Assembly (NCBI GenBank): GCA_023819605.1
Contig: JAMWCB010000001.1
Location: 1-41,555 of the forward strand
Direction: 5' to 3'
Length of the DNA: 41,555 bases
Source: Candidatus Omnitrophota bacterium
Lineage (GTDB): Bacteria; Omnitrophota; Gorgyraeia; B26-G9
Part shown: positions 16,072 through 25,981 of the stretch, one piece after another
Numbering within the stretch: position 1 is the stretch's first letter
Layout of the letters: every line of letters begins with the position of its first letter
Program-made: the position numbers and the translations under genes
Notes under the pieces: generated by a model
What the model saw: only the letters and a program-made list of their open reading frames with translations
What the model was told of the DNA's origin: nothing
Database searches by the model: none

Positions 16072-17505
16072 CTACGCCACACAGATCCGGTTCTTGCCGC
16101 CGCTTTTCGCCTGATAGAGCGCCTTATCCGCAGCGGTAACGAAATCTTCTTTAGACATGCTCTTTTTAAATTCCGCCACGCCGCCGCTGACCGTCATTTT
16201 CTTATAATGGCGCTGCGTGCCGGTCTCAAACTTCAATTCATCGATCGACTGCCGGATTTTTTCCGCAACCGTCACGGCTTCGCCGATACGTGTTTCCGGC
16301 AAAATGACCGCAAATTCCTCGCCGCCGTACCGGCAGGGGATATCGACTTTGCGCACGGCCTTGCGGATGGTTTTCGCGATCTGCTGCAGCACCAAGTCGC
16401 CCAGCGGATGCCCGTAGGTATCGTTGAATTCCTTAAAAAAATCGATATCGAACATAATCAACGCTAACGGATGCGGATAGCGCTGCACACGCAGCACTTC
16501 CGCGGTAAGCTGTGTCTGAAAATAGCGGTGGTTATACAATTCCGTCAACCCGTCGGTAATCGCCAAATTTTTCACCTCGCCGTACAGCTGCGCATTCTCC
16601 AGCGCAATCGCGGCGTAATTGCAGACCAGGCCGATAAACCGCGCTTCCTCCTCGCTGAATTCCGGCACCGGCATTATTTCCAGGCGGTCGGTGGCGTTAA
16701 TGACTCCGATCACGCGATCCTTAATCTTCAACGGAATGCAGAGCAACGACTTCGACTGGTATTGCGGCAGATTTGTCCGGCCGAAATGCATATCCTCCTC
16801 GATATTCGTCACCACGACCGGCTTGCCCTCTTTTGCCGCCCAGCCGCTAATCGACTCGCCCATGGCCACCCGCGTAGTCTGAATAACCAAATCTTCCAAC
16901 CCGATCGCCGCGGCGATCGTCAACATATCCTCCTCATCGCGCAACATCAGCGAACACGTCCGCGCGCCGAGCAGACCGGCAATCTGCCGCACGATGCACT
17001 GAGCCAGCTCGTCAAGGTTCAGAATGGAATTTAAAACGTGCCCGATCTGCAGCACGGTCTGGAGCTTCTCTTTTTCTTTTTGCAGATTAAGCACCAACTG
17101 TTTATTCTCCCGCAATAACGCCCGTTCTTTCAATCCCCGTTTAATCAATAATTTGACGTGGCTGACGTCGAACGGTTTCGTCACATACTCGTACGCTTCC
17201 TCGAGCACCGCGCGAATCGCCGATTCCGTCGTGGGGTAGGCGGTAATCAGAATCGCGCAAATATCCGGACAATTCTGTTTCAAAACCCGCAGCACACTCG
17301 TGCCGTCGATATCCGGAAGCTTTAAATCGATAATCGCCAAATCAAACTCTTGCCGCTCGGACAACCGCATTGCTTCCGCGCCGCTCTGGGCAGCATGCAC
17401 GGTATAGCCTTCTTCGCGTAAAATAGCGCATAACGAATCCAAAATAACCGGTTCGTCGTCGACTAAAAGAAGCGTGCCGCTCTGCGCCGGAACATTCGTA
17501 GCCAT
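16072..17505 (-). CDS. Response regulator REC-GAF-GGDEF diguanylate cyclase
   Basis: REC domain (LLLVDDEPV...DLAIIDLKLPDIDG...KPF). GAF domain (LGARTCSLMLRDEE...LLCIPLKIKDRVIGVINATD). GGDEF domain with active-site GGEEF and an RxxD I-site in the canonical position (RKVD-IPCRY-GGEEF). GAGGAG RBS. Confidence 0.9.
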   Translation of the reverse strand: MATNVPAQSGTLLLVDDEPVILDSLCAILREEGYTVHAAQSGAEAMRLSERQEFDLAIIDLKLPDIDGTSVLRVLKQNCPDICAILITAYPTTESAIRAVLEEAYEYVTKPFDVSHVKLLIKRGLKERALLRENKQLVLNLQKEKEKLQTVLQIGHVLNSILNLDELAQCIVRQIAGLLGARTCSLMLRDEEDMLTIAAAIGLEDLVIQTTRVAMGESISGWAAKEGKPVVVTNIEEDMHFGRTNLPQYQSKSLLCIPLKIKDRVIGVINATDRLEIMPVPEFSEEEARFIGLVCNYAAIALENAQLYGEVKNLAITDGLTELYNHRYFQTQLTAEVLRVQRYPHPLALIMFDIDFFKEFNDTYGHPLGDLVLQQIAKTIRKAVRKVDIPCRYGGEEFAVILPETRIGEAVTVAEKIRQSIDELKFETGTQRHYKKMTVSGGVAEFKKSMSKEDFVTAADKALYQAKSGGKNRICVA

Positions 17506-17515
17506 AGACTTCTCC

Positions 17516-18385
17516 TCATTGATCCGGCACCGGTAAACGGATCGTAAACGTCGCTCCCGCCTTGCCGCCGCGATTATTTTCCGCCCGAATCGTCCCGTGG
17601 TGATTATGAATAATTTCCCGGGTGATCGCCAACCCCAAACCGATACCTTTGACTTTCGTCGTAAAAAAAGGTTCGAAAATCGACTCCAAACACTCTTTCG
17701 CGATTCCCGGACCGCTGTCGCTGATCCTGATCACGACTTCCGCGCCTTCCTGCGCCGCGCTGATCCGCAGGGTACCGCCGCCGACCATCACTTCGCCGGC
17801 ATTGATCAATATATTCATCAACACCTGCCGGATCTGCTGGCTGTCCATCCACAGCAACGGCAGCGCGTCCGGAATATCGCGCTGAATAACCGTATGACTG
17901 AAACAACCCTGCTGCGCCGCGGAGAGAACCGCTTCATGAATCGCCTGGGTGATACTCGCGCGCTCAAAGCAGGGCTGGCTGATTTTCGCGTGCTGCAGGA
18001 TATTCGCGATGATCGTATTCGCAAAGACGACTTCCCGATGAATCGTGCGGATAATCTCCGGGAGTTCCGGCTGATCGTCGACGCGGCGCAACAGGTACTC
18101 GGCCGCAACTTTGATCCCGCTCAAGGGATTGCGCAATTCATGGCCAATCACCGCCGCCATTTTCCCGAGCGTTTCCAAGCGGTCGGAATGACGGGACTGC
18201 TGGTCCAACCCGTGCAAATCCTTATCCGTGCGTTTTAACGTATGCAGCTTTCCGCGCAATTCGTGCATAAGCGCGTCCGCCTCCGCCGCCGATAATCCGT
18301 CTAAACACCGCACCATGCACGCCAGCAGCGCCTGCAAGCTCGGCGCTTCTTGAATCAAATGTTTGACCTTCTGAAAATCGCTCAT
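17516..18385 (-). CDS. Cytoplasmic histidine kinase (HisKA + HATPase_c, no TM segment)
   Basis: H-box IGHELRNPLSG, N-box NILINAGEV, G-boxes ISDSGPGI and GIGLGLAI. ATGA overlap with the upstream kinase. Confidence 0.85.
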   Translation of the reverse strand: MSDFQKVKHLIQEAPSLQALLACMVRCLDGLSAAEADALMHELRGKLHTLKRTDKDLHGLDQQSRHSDRLETLGKMAAVIGHELRNPLSGIKVAAEYLLRRVDDQPELPEIIRTIHREVVFANTIIANILQHAKISQPCFERASITQAIHEAVLSAAQQGCFSHTVIQRDIPDALPLLWMDSQQIRQVLMNILINAGEVMVGGGTLRISAAQEGAEVVIRISDSGPGIAKECLESIFEPFFTTKVKGIGLGLAITREIIHNHHGTIRAENNRGGKAGATFTIRLPVPDQ

Positions 18386-19728
18386 TCATGCACCTGCTCG
18401 CCTTCCGGCGGGCTGTCGCGCAGCGGAACGCGCACGATAAACGACGCGCCTTTTCCCGGCTCGCTTTCCAACGAAACCGTCCCGCCATGGTTATGCACGA
18501 TATTATAGACAATCGACAATCCCAAGCCCACGCCCTTGGCCCGCGTCGTAAAAAAAGGCCGAAAAATCTTCTCCCGGACTTCCGCCGCGATGCCTTCCCC
18601 GGTATCGGTAACCCGCACCTCGACCATGCCGCCCTGCAGCGCCGAAGCAATGGTCAACCTGCCGCCCTGGGGCATTGCCCGAATCGCGTTATTCAATAAA
18701 TTGACCACCACATGCTTCATTTGGCGCGGGTCGAAAAAAAATTGCGGCAGCAACGGCGTAAACGCGCGCTCCACGCTCACCGCCGTGTTGCGCATAGAAA
18801 ACGCGACCATGCGTATCGACTGCTCCAAAATACGGTTCAAATCCGCCCGCTCCCAAACAAGATTCTGCGGCCGCGCGTAGGTCAGCACATTCGTCACCAC
18901 CGTGCTTGCGTAATCGATTTCAAACCCGATATCTTCGAAAATTTCACAAAGTTCCGGCTCTTCAATCTTCACCTTGCTCCGCAGGTAACTCAGGGCCATT
19001 TTAATTCCGGTCAGCGGATTGCGCAAATCGTGGCTGATCGATGCCGCCATTTGCCCGAGCACGGCCATTTTTTCATGCTGAATACGCTCCTCTTGCGACT
19101 GCTGCAGCGTTAAATAGGAAAAATACGCTCCTAAATATCGCCGCTGCACTTGCATAAAAAAGCCGATGATCCCGGCGCAAAACACCAGAAAAAAAACCGC
19201 GTCGCGGCCGACTTCCCGCCAAAAATTGTCGACGAGGGGCTGCCAATTAATGATCGTCACGACCACGCGCTCTTTCTGCGGCATCGGCGCCGCCAGCACA
19301 AAATATTTTTCGCCGTCGCTTCGAATCAGCTGATCCGCCCCCTGCCGCATACCCAGCGCTTCCTGAACGAGGCCGGCGACCGTTCCCTGCAATAAAAGTT
19401 CCCTATCGCCGCTGGCAAACAAAAGATCCCCATCCCAGCCGAACAAGCCGATATTCCGTATACTCGCGTTGACATTTTGGCCGGAAACCCAGAGTTGAAA
19501 CCGTTCATCCTGATACGCATAATTGGTTAAGTCGAGGATGGTCATCAACGAATATGACACATTCCACGCTTCGCGGCGGAAATCAGCGACAAGATGCCGG
19601 TAATGCGCAAACGCGCGCACACCGGTAATTAACGAGGCGCAGGCTATACAAAAAAAGACCAGGGCCAGAACAAGCCGGCTGGTTTTTGCCGGGACGGAGA
19701 CCGGGAGAAAATTTTCATCCATGGACAC
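18382..19728 (-). CDS. Membrane sensor histidine kinase (two TM segments flanking a ~150-aa extracytoplasmic region)
   Basis: TM1 LVLALVFFCIACASLITGV, TM2 AVFFLVFCAGIIGFF. H-box ISHDLRNPLTG, N-box LLNNAIRAM, G-boxes VTDTGEGI and GVGLGLSI. The first codon at 19728 is GTG; an ATG follows at 19722. Confidence 0.85.
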   Translation of the reverse strand: MSMDENFLPVSVPAKTSRLVLALVFFCIACASLITGVRAFAHYRHLVADFRREAWNVSYSLMTILDLTNYAYQDERFQLWVSGQNVNASIRNIGLFGWDGDLLFASGDRELLLQGTVAGLVQEALGMRQGADQLIRSDGEKYFVLAAPMPQKERVVVTIINWQPLVDNFWREVGRDAVFFLVFCAGIIGFFMQVQRRYLGAYFSYLTLQQSQEERIQHEKMAVLGQMAASISHDLRNPLTGIKMALSYLRSKVKIEEPELCEIFEDIGFEIDYASTVVTNVLTYARPQNLVWERADLNRILEQSIRMVAFSMRNTAVSVERAFTPLLPQFFFDPRQMKHVVVNLLNNAIRAMPQGGRLTIASALQGGMVEVRVTDTGEGIAAEVREKIFRPFFTTRAKGVGLGLSIVYNIVHNHGGTVSLESEPGKGASFIVRVPLRDSPPEGEQVHE

Positions 19729-19811
19729 AATCCCCGCTCATCAGACACGTTTCGGATAGATTCATCGTTACCCTCGTCAGCCTGCGGCGGCCCGGCAGGG
19801 CTGTAGTTCCG

Positions 19812-19841
19812 ATGATACCATGGTTATTCCGAAACTGTCAA
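19812..19841 (-). promoter_or_regulatory. Sigma70-like promoter for the kinase operon
   Basis: Minus strand: TTGACA (19841-19836), 18-nt spacer, TGg-TATCAT (hexamer 19817-19812). It lies ~85 nt upstream of the start codon. The -35 box is the edge of a repeat also found at 26339-26391. Confidence 0.45.
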
Positions 19842-19887
19842 TGAAACTCGCCCGGGCTAAAGCCGGGCGAGCTGAGCGGAATCCCGC
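19836..19887. repeat. Dispersed ~52-bp hairpin-containing intergenic repeat, copy 1
   Basis: TGTCAATGAAACTCGCCCGGGCTAAAGCCGGGCGAGCTGAGCGGAATCCCGC. It matches 26339-26391 in the same orientation with about five differences. It contains the 8-bp stem TCGCCCGG/CCGGGCGA. Confidence 0.8.
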
Positions 19888-20096
19888 GCCCCGAACGGAG
19901 CGCCCCGTTGAACGGTTCAAATCGTTCAACGATCTGAACCAGCGGCCCGGAGGGCGGCTATTTCACCCGCCCGGTGCATGCGCCGAGCGGACTTGCCTTT
20001 CCGCCGCGACAAATCCGCCCGGCCTCGCCCGCGCTCCGGGCGGCCGGCTCCGGCATACCTGCCGGAATTATGAAAGTGTGCGCGGATAAAAATTCC

Positions 20097-21350
20097 TCAC
20101 GCACTGTTCTGGTGCGCCGCCATAATCGAATCTTTCACCGCGGAAAAATTACGCATATCATCCATTATTTTTTCAAATAACTGTTCCTGTTCCGCGGTGA
20201 CCGCGCCGACTTCCGATGCGACCACCGTAACTTCCGCGGCAATCGGCAGAACACTTTCCATGCACGCGCGGATATTTTCCAAGCCGGAAATCACGCTCAG
20301 CGTCGTTTCACTGATCCCGGTGACTTTGTCTTTGGCTTCCAGGCTCGCCGCATGCATATTCTGAAAAAACCCGGCTAAATGCCCGACATTGCCGATCGCT
20401 TCATTCAACGATTCTGTGCCCTCGCCCATGCACTGAGCCGCAAACGCCGTCTTTTCCAATATTTCCCGAATACGCACGCCGATGCCCTTCGCCGATTCCC
20501 CGCTCTCTTCCGCCAATTTCCGCACTTCCTCGGCGACCACGGCGAACCCCCGGCCGGCTTCGCCGGCGCGCGCGGCTTCGATCGCGGCATTCAGCGCCAG
20601 CAAATTCGTCTGATCGGCGATGCGCGTCAAAAGGTTAACGATTTCGTTGATACTGTTCGATTTCTCCACCAAATCATTAATCGCGTCCGCGGAATGAGTA
20701 TTGGTGTCCCGGCAGTTCGTGATGAACTTGGACGTTCCGTCCGCGTATTTCTTACCTTCTGTCGCCGCTTCATACGCCGTCTTGGAAGAACTCACCGATT
20801 CTTTCGCGCTCTCCGTAATGTACGAAGAGGATATGGCGATCGCTTCGATCAAGCCCAACGTCTGCTCAATCTGTCCGGACTCCTCTTTGGTTTTTTGCGC
20901 TAATTTTTTCACCGTCCGGCTCAACTTCGCATCCGCGTCCATAATCCGCTGGCACGTCGCGAACAAGTCATCAACCAGGCGAAAAACCGTTTCCCGGATC
21001 TGCACGTTTTCTCCGGCCAGCGCAGCAAAATGCGTCGCGCAGTTATTCACCTGGTCGGCGATCCCGGCAATTTCCGCCGGACCGGAAATACGCAGCTGAT
21101 CCGATAATTGTTGCCGGCCGGCGGCATAGGCGGCCACCCCCCCCCGCAGAGCGTGTAGCGGCCGCGCTACCTCTCGCCGCAATAGAACGACGGTTATCGC
21201 CGCCGTGCACAGACAAAAAACGATTTTAAAAAAAATAATCCCGCCCACCGACAGCACGCCGTGGCTCACGGATATGTTCAACCACAGCGAGAACCCGGTC
21301 ACAACGAGACCGAACCAAATACACAATATGCCGGCTATTTTTTTTATCAT
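20097..21350 (-). CDS. Methyl-accepting chemotaxis protein (two TM helices with ~8-aa loop, HAMP, short signalling domain)
   Basis: The highly conserved hairpin tip is [41 protein letters not shown]. The N-terminus [53 protein letters not shown] leaves no periplasmic domain. The track start 21356 is TTG; ATG 21350 is preferred. Confidence 0.9.
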   Translation of the reverse strand: MIKKIAGILCIWFGLVVTGFSLWLNISVSHGVLSVGGIIFFKIVFCLCTAAITVVLLRREVARPLHALRGGVAAYAAGRQQLSDQLRISGPAEIAGIADQVNNCATHFAALAGENVQIRETVFRLVDDLFATCQRIMDADAKLSRTVKKLAQKTKEESGQIEQTLGLIEAIAISSSYITESAKESVSSSKTAYEAATEGKKYADGTSKFITNCRDTNTHSADAINDLVEKSNSINEIVNLLTRIADQTNLLALNAAIEAARAGEAGRGFAVVAEEVRKLAEESGESAKGIGVRIREILEKTAFAAQCMGEGTESLNEAIGNVGHLAGFFQNMHAASLEAKDKVTGISETTLSVISGLENIRACMESVLPIAAEVTVVASEVGAVTAEQEQLFEKIMDDMRNFSAVKDSIMAAHQNSA

Positions 21351-21357
21351 CAGCAAC

Positions 21358-21582
21358 CTAAAACTGTACTTGGATGACTTTTTTCCCGCCGCCGATATCT
21401 TTTGCCGACAGCATCGTCCGTTTCGTGCGGTCGCACCACGCGCGCACGTCTTTTTCGAACGTGGAACAATCCGCCGTCACTTCCAATATATCACCCGGCT
21501 TCATTTCCGGAACTTTCTGAGCCAGTTTCAATACCGGCTGAGGGCATTTCAAACCAACCGCATCCAATTTTATCACCGCCAT
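21358..21582 (-). CDS. tusA: TusA/SirA-family sulfur-carrier protein
   Basis: 74 aa with the [14 protein letters not shown] (CPxP) active-site Cys motif. GGAGAGG RBS. The stop lies 7 nt before the MCP ATG. Confidence 0.8.
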   Translation of the reverse strand: MAVIKLDAVGLKCPQPVLKLAQKVPEMKPGDILEVTADCSTFEKDVRAWCDRTKRTMLSAKDIGGGKKVIQVQF

Positions 21583-21701
21583 ATCCGCACCTCTCCTCGT
21601 TTAAGGGGCCACACCCTCCCGCATAGGGCCGTCGCAACCGTTGCGCCGGCCTGGAGAACGACATCTAAAAATTTTTTTAACAAACACCTCATGATATTTC
21701 G

Positions 21702-22145
21702 CTATACCGCAGTTTCTTTGCTTTCCGCCGTATGCGGCAAACGCAGCGGTCCTAAAGCGCGCACGGTTTCAATCATCTCCCCGGCCACCCGGATAAATTT
21801 TTCCCCTTCGCTTGCCGAAACCCAATCCAGGCAATACCGCTGTTTCTCGATACCAAAATCGGAAAGCACCTGCTCCAGAATTGCGTGCCGCTTAAGCATC
21901 TTATAATTACCTTCTTTATAATGGCAGTCGCCGGGATGGCAACCCAAAATCAGCACCCCGTCGGCGCCCTGCCGAAACGCTTCCAAAACGAACTGCGGAT
22001 CGATACGGCCGGTGCACATCACCCGCACAATCCGCACCAATTCCGCGGGGACTTTACGCTGCGCCCGTCCGGCAGCATCCGCGCCGGAATACGAACACCA
22101 GTTACACAGAAACGCCACGACTTTCGGCTGGAATTGTTCAGACAT
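21702..22145 (-). CDS. mvhD: MvhD-like hydrogenase iron-sulfur subunit (methyl-viologen-reducing hydrogenase delta subunit family)
   Basis: VAFLCNWCSYSGADAAG...VMCTGRIDP...GADGVLILGCHPGDCHYKEGN is the characteristic Cys pattern of MvhD. Confidence 0.85.
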   Translation of the reverse strand: MSEQFQPKVVAFLCNWCSYSGADAAGRAQRKVPAELVRIVRVMCTGRIDPQFVLEAFRQGADGVLILGCHPGDCHYKEGNYKMLKRHAILEQVLSDFGIEKQRYCLDWVSASEGEKFIRVAGEMIETVRALGPLRLPHTAESKETAV

Positions 22146-22156
22146 AACGCTCCTTT

Positions 22157-24388
22157 CTATTTCAACAAAGCTTGGATTTCAGCGCAAATCTGCTCATCGC
22201 GGAAATGCTGTCCGACGATCGCGCCGCTGGGACAGGCCGCCACGCAAATACCGCAGCCACGGCACAATACCCCGCTGATCACCGAAACGTGTTTTTCTCC
22301 GTCATAACTGATCGCGTGGTAGGGGCACAAATCCACGCAGGTTTTACAACCGGAACAGCGTTTTTCATCGACCACCGAAACCGCCGGCTCAAGCTGGATT
22401 TTTTCTCCCGGAACCAGCCGCGAGAGCACCATACCGGCAGCGGCGACTCCCTGCGCTACCGAACCGGCCACATCCTGCGGCGACTGCGCGCAGCCGGCGA
22501 CCAAAATTCCGTCGCGCGCCGTGGCGAACGAGGACAACTTCACATGCTCCTCGATAAAAAAACGCGCGCCGTCGACCGGCACATCGAGCAGACGCGACAA
22601 GGGCTCCGCCTGACGAGAACCTTCCATGGCCGGCGCCAACACCACCATATCCGCGCGGACATTCAGACGTTTCTCGCGGCGCAGCGTGCCGCCCGCGCAA
22701 TTCGCCTGCTCCTCCACATCCACCCCGGCAATCTCGAGAACACCGTCGGTTTGGCCGATCTGCAGCGCATTCGGATTGCGCACCCGCAGATAATGCGTAT
22801 TCGTTTCCCGGATCAGCTGTTCGAAGAACGGCTGCATTTTTTTACCCGGAAAACACAAATCGGAATAAATACTGAGCACCTGGGTTTCCGGAAGTTTATG
22901 ATGGATCAGGCGGGCGAACTTCGCCAGGTACGCGCAACAAATCCCCGAACAATAATCGCGGTGCTCCGCCGTGCGCGAGCCCACACAATGCACTAAGGCG
23001 ATCGTCCGCGGCACGCTGCCGTCGCGGCGGACGATTTTACCTTCCGTCGGACCGCTGGCGCTCATCATCCGCTCGAAGGCCAGACTGGTGTACACATCCG
23101 GAATTTTCCCCAAACCCAAATTTCCGAGGGGTGCGGCATCGAACAAATCGAAACCCGTAGCGGCAATCACCGCTCCGACTTTCAATTCCCGCACTTCATC
23201 ATCCTGGCCGTAGTTAACCGCCCCGAACGCGCAAGCCGCCTCGCACAGCGAACATTCCTTGCCCTGGAAACGTAAACAATGCGCCTTATCGATAACCGGA
23301 ACATTGGGCAGGACTCCCGGATACGGCAAATAAATCGCTTTCCGTTTGCTTAAATTTTCGTTAAATTCATTATCCAATTCCACCGGACAGGCTTCCACGC
23401 ACGCACCGCAGCCGATACATGCCGGCTCGTCCACGCCGCGGGCTCTTTTTTTGACTTTGACTTCAAAATTACCGAAATAACCCAGCACTTCCTGCACATC
23501 CGAACAGGTCAGCGTTTCAATCCGTTCATTGTGCAAAACGGCATCCATCTTCGGTTCCAGCATGCACGGCGCGCATTCCATATTCGGAAACGACTCTTCA
23601 TAGCGCACGGTTTTACCGCCGATACACGGCAACTGCTCCACAAGATATACCTTGCGCTGCTTCTGGGCCAACGCCAGCGCGGCGCTCATCCCGGTAATGC
23701 CGGCGCCGATAACCAGCACATCCGGACAAATATCGATTTCTTTTTCCTCCAACGGCTCCTGCACCAACACCCGCCGCACCGCCGCCTTAATCATCAACGC
23801 CGCCAGATCCGTTGCCTGCTGCTTATCGGACATAATCCATGCGCATTGCTCCCGGATATTGGCGATCCGCAAAAGATACGGATTAATTCCGGCCTGCTTG
23901 AGCACCTTCTTGAACGTATGCTCATGCTCTCGCGGCGAACACCCGGCAATAACCACGCGCGTCAACTGGTTCGTTTTAATATCTTCCGCCAACCCCTGCT
24001 GCCCGTCGCCGGAACACAGCAGCGAAAACGCCTTGACCAGCACCACATTATCCAAGAGCCTGGCGGCTTCGATCAACGCGGGGAAATCCAAAGCCTCTTT
24101 TAAATTCGGACCGCATTCGCACAAAAACACACCTACTCGCTCCGCGGTGGACACCACCAATTTTCCGGAAATTTCCTGCCCTTCCGTGGCGACGATTTCC
24201 ACCGCGACGTTTTCCAATTTCGACCCTTTGGTCAAACTCGCGAACCATTGCCGCAGGACTGCTTCGCTGATCCCCAACCCGCTGCCGACATTGAGGACCA
24301 CTTTATTGACTTTTTCAATGTCGAAACGCGGCTCAATCACCTGGAGAAGCCTGACCACCAAATCTTTAGTAATTTGTACTTCCCGCAT
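22157..24388 (-). CDS. hdrA: HdrA-like heterodisulfide reductase subunit A (FAD, multiple 4Fe-4S) with an ~85-aa N-terminal extension
   Basis: The canonical HdrA N-terminus starts at VGVFLCECGPNL...VVIAGCSPREHEHTF...IREQCAW. FAD motif VLVIGAGITGMSAALALA. HdrA hallmark CVGSRTAEHRDYCSGICCAY. Ferredoxin CxxCxxCxxxCP motifs occur in the middle and at the C-terminus. ATG 24388 has a GGAGAAAGCGGGGGG RBS. Confidence 0.9.
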   Translation of the reverse strand: MREVQITKDLVVRLLQVIEPRFDIEKVNKVVLNVGSGLGISEAVLRQWFASLTKGSKLENVAVEIVATEGQEISGKLVVSTAERVGVFLCECGPNLKEALDFPALIEAARLLDNVVLVKAFSLLCSGDGQQGLAEDIKTNQLTRVVIAGCSPREHEHTFKKVLKQAGINPYLLRIANIREQCAWIMSDKQQATDLAALMIKAAVRRVLVQEPLEEKEIDICPDVLVIGAGITGMSAALALAQKQRKVYLVEQLPCIGGKTVRYEESFPNMECAPCMLEPKMDAVLHNERIETLTCSDVQEVLGYFGNFEVKVKKRARGVDEPACIGCGACVEACPVELDNEFNENLSKRKAIYLPYPGVLPNVPVIDKAHCLRFQGKECSLCEAACAFGAVNYGQDDEVRELKVGAVIAATGFDLFDAAPLGNLGLGKIPDVYTSLAFERMMSASGPTEGKIVRRDGSVPRTIALVHCVGSRTAEHRDYCSGICCAYLAKFARLIHHKLPETQVLSIYSDLCFPGKKMQPFFEQLIRETNTHYLRVRNPNALQIGQTDGVLEIAGVDVEEQANCAGGTLRREKRLNVRADMVVLAPAMEGSRQAEPLSRLLDVPVDGARFFIEEHVKLSSFATARDGILVAGCAQSPQDVAGSVAQGVAAAGMVLSRLVPGEKIQLEPAVSVVDEKRCSGCKTCVDLCPYHAISYDGEKHVSVISGVLCRGCGICVAACPSGAIVGQHFRDEQICAEIQALLK

Positions 24389-24760
24389 ATCCCCCCGCTT
24401 TCTCCGTTCACGTCCGCGGATAAACCCTACCGCCGGACAGAACGAATGATCCTGCCATACACGGAATGATTAAAGAGTCACCAGAAAAAATTTAGAAATG
24501 AGTAATCCCATCACGCCTCCCTGCGTCAAGAAATTGTACATCCAACCGCCCTTTACCTTAAATCTAACACAACAAAATTTTATTGCAACTATTTTTCAAA
24601 TTTTTTTTCGATACCGGTCGTTTCCCGGCATCAAAAAAATATTGGCTATTAAAGCCGAAAAATAACTCTCCGGCAGAAGCATGAAACGACTTCTCTCCTC
24701 CGGCAAAACATGATAGGATATACCTGCTTTGAACGATGAACAAAAAAGGAGGCGTACAGC

Positions 24761-25399
24761 ATGAACACATCCGGCCCGTCGCCGCGCATACCGCAGGAAG
24801 ACATTGACCCGCAATTTACCGACCGCTGGTCGCCGCGTTCTTTCCGCCCTGCTTCAATCCGGCAGGAAGAACTGCTCAGCATACTGGAAGCGGCGCGCTG
24901 GGCGCCGTCCTGTTACAACGACCAGCCCTGGATTTTCTGTTACGCGATTCAGGAAGAGCACCGCCGCGCATTCCTCAGCGCCCTGGCGGAAAAAAACCAG
25001 CGCTGGGCGGCGCACGCGCCGGCGCTGCTCTTTCTCGCCTATCGAAAAAATTTCGCGCATAACGGCAAATCGAACCGCTGGGCGGCATTCGATTGCGGCG
25101 CTGCCTGGATGTCCCTGGCATTGCAGGCGCGTAAACGCGGCCTGCACGCCCATGCCATGGCCGGCTTCGACGCCGACAAAGCGCATACGCTCCTGAACCT
25201 CCCCAAAGACCGTTATGAAATCATCGCCGCCGTTGCCGTCGGCAAACGCGGCAGTCCGGAACAACTCGACGACGAATTCCGCGACATGGAAAAACCGAAT
25301 CAGCGGCAAGCGCTCGACGCATGCGCCCACGAAGGCGCGTTCAGCGCCGCCGCAGCGCGCGCCGGAATGACACCGCCGGCCCCCGGCCGTGATATATAA
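24761..25399 (+). CDS. Nitroreductase-family protein
   Basis: [38 protein letters not shown], plus the [15 protein letters not shown] pattern. AAGGAGG RBS. Confidence 0.85.
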   Translation: MNTSGPSPRIPQEDIDPQFTDRWSPRSFRPASIRQEELLSILEAARWAPSCYNDQPWIFCYAIQEEHRRAFLSALAEKNQRWAAHAPALLFLAYRKNFAHNGKSNRWAAFDCGAAWMSLALQARKRGLHAHAMAGFDADKAHTLLNLPKDRYEIIAAVAVGKRGSPEQLDDEFRDMEKPNQRQALDACAHEGAFSAAAARAGMTPPAPGRDI

Positions 25400-25410
25400 G
25401 GAGACCGCCG

Positions 25411-25977
25411 ATGAACGAAGAAAAAGTTACCGCACTGATCAAAGAATTGCTCCGCGAACTCGGTGAAAACCCCGAACGGGAAGGCTTGCGCAAAACCCCG
25501 GAACGCGTCATGCGTTCGTATAAATTCCTCACGCAGGGATACCAACAGAATCCCGAACGGATCATTAACAACGCCGTCTTCGAATCGCATGTCAACAATA
25601 TGATCATCTGCAAAGACATCGAAATTTACAGCCTCTGCGAGCATCATCTGCTGCCTTTTTTCGGCCGTTGCCATATCGGCTATATCCCGCGCGACAAAGT
25701 ACTGGGTATCAGCAAACTCTGCCGCATCGTCGACGTATACGCGCGCCGCCTGCAGATTCAAGAACGGCTCACCGCGCAAATCGCCCAGGAAATCAACGAA
25801 CGCGTTAATGCCCGCGGCGTCGGCGTCGTCATTGAATGCCGCCATTTATGCAAAATGATGCGCGGCGTGGAAAAACAAAACGCGACGATGACCACCTCCT
25901 CGGTACTCGGCTGCTTTCATGACGAAGCGGCGACGCGGGCGGAATTCCTCTCCCTGATCAGCCGCCACCTCGCTTAA
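25411..25977 (+). CDS. folE: GTP cyclohydrolase I (type 1)
   Basis: [72 protein letters not shown]. Confidence 0.95.
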   Translation: MNEEKVTALIKELLRELGENPEREGLRKTPERVMRSYKFLTQGYQQNPERIINNAVFESHVNNMIICKDIEIYSLCEHHLLPFFGRCHIGYIPRDKVLGISKLCRIVDVYARRLQIQERLTAQIAQEINERVNARGVGVVIECRHLCKMMRGVEKQNATMTTSSVLGCFHDEAATRAEFLSLISRHLA

Positions 25978-25981
25978 TAAT

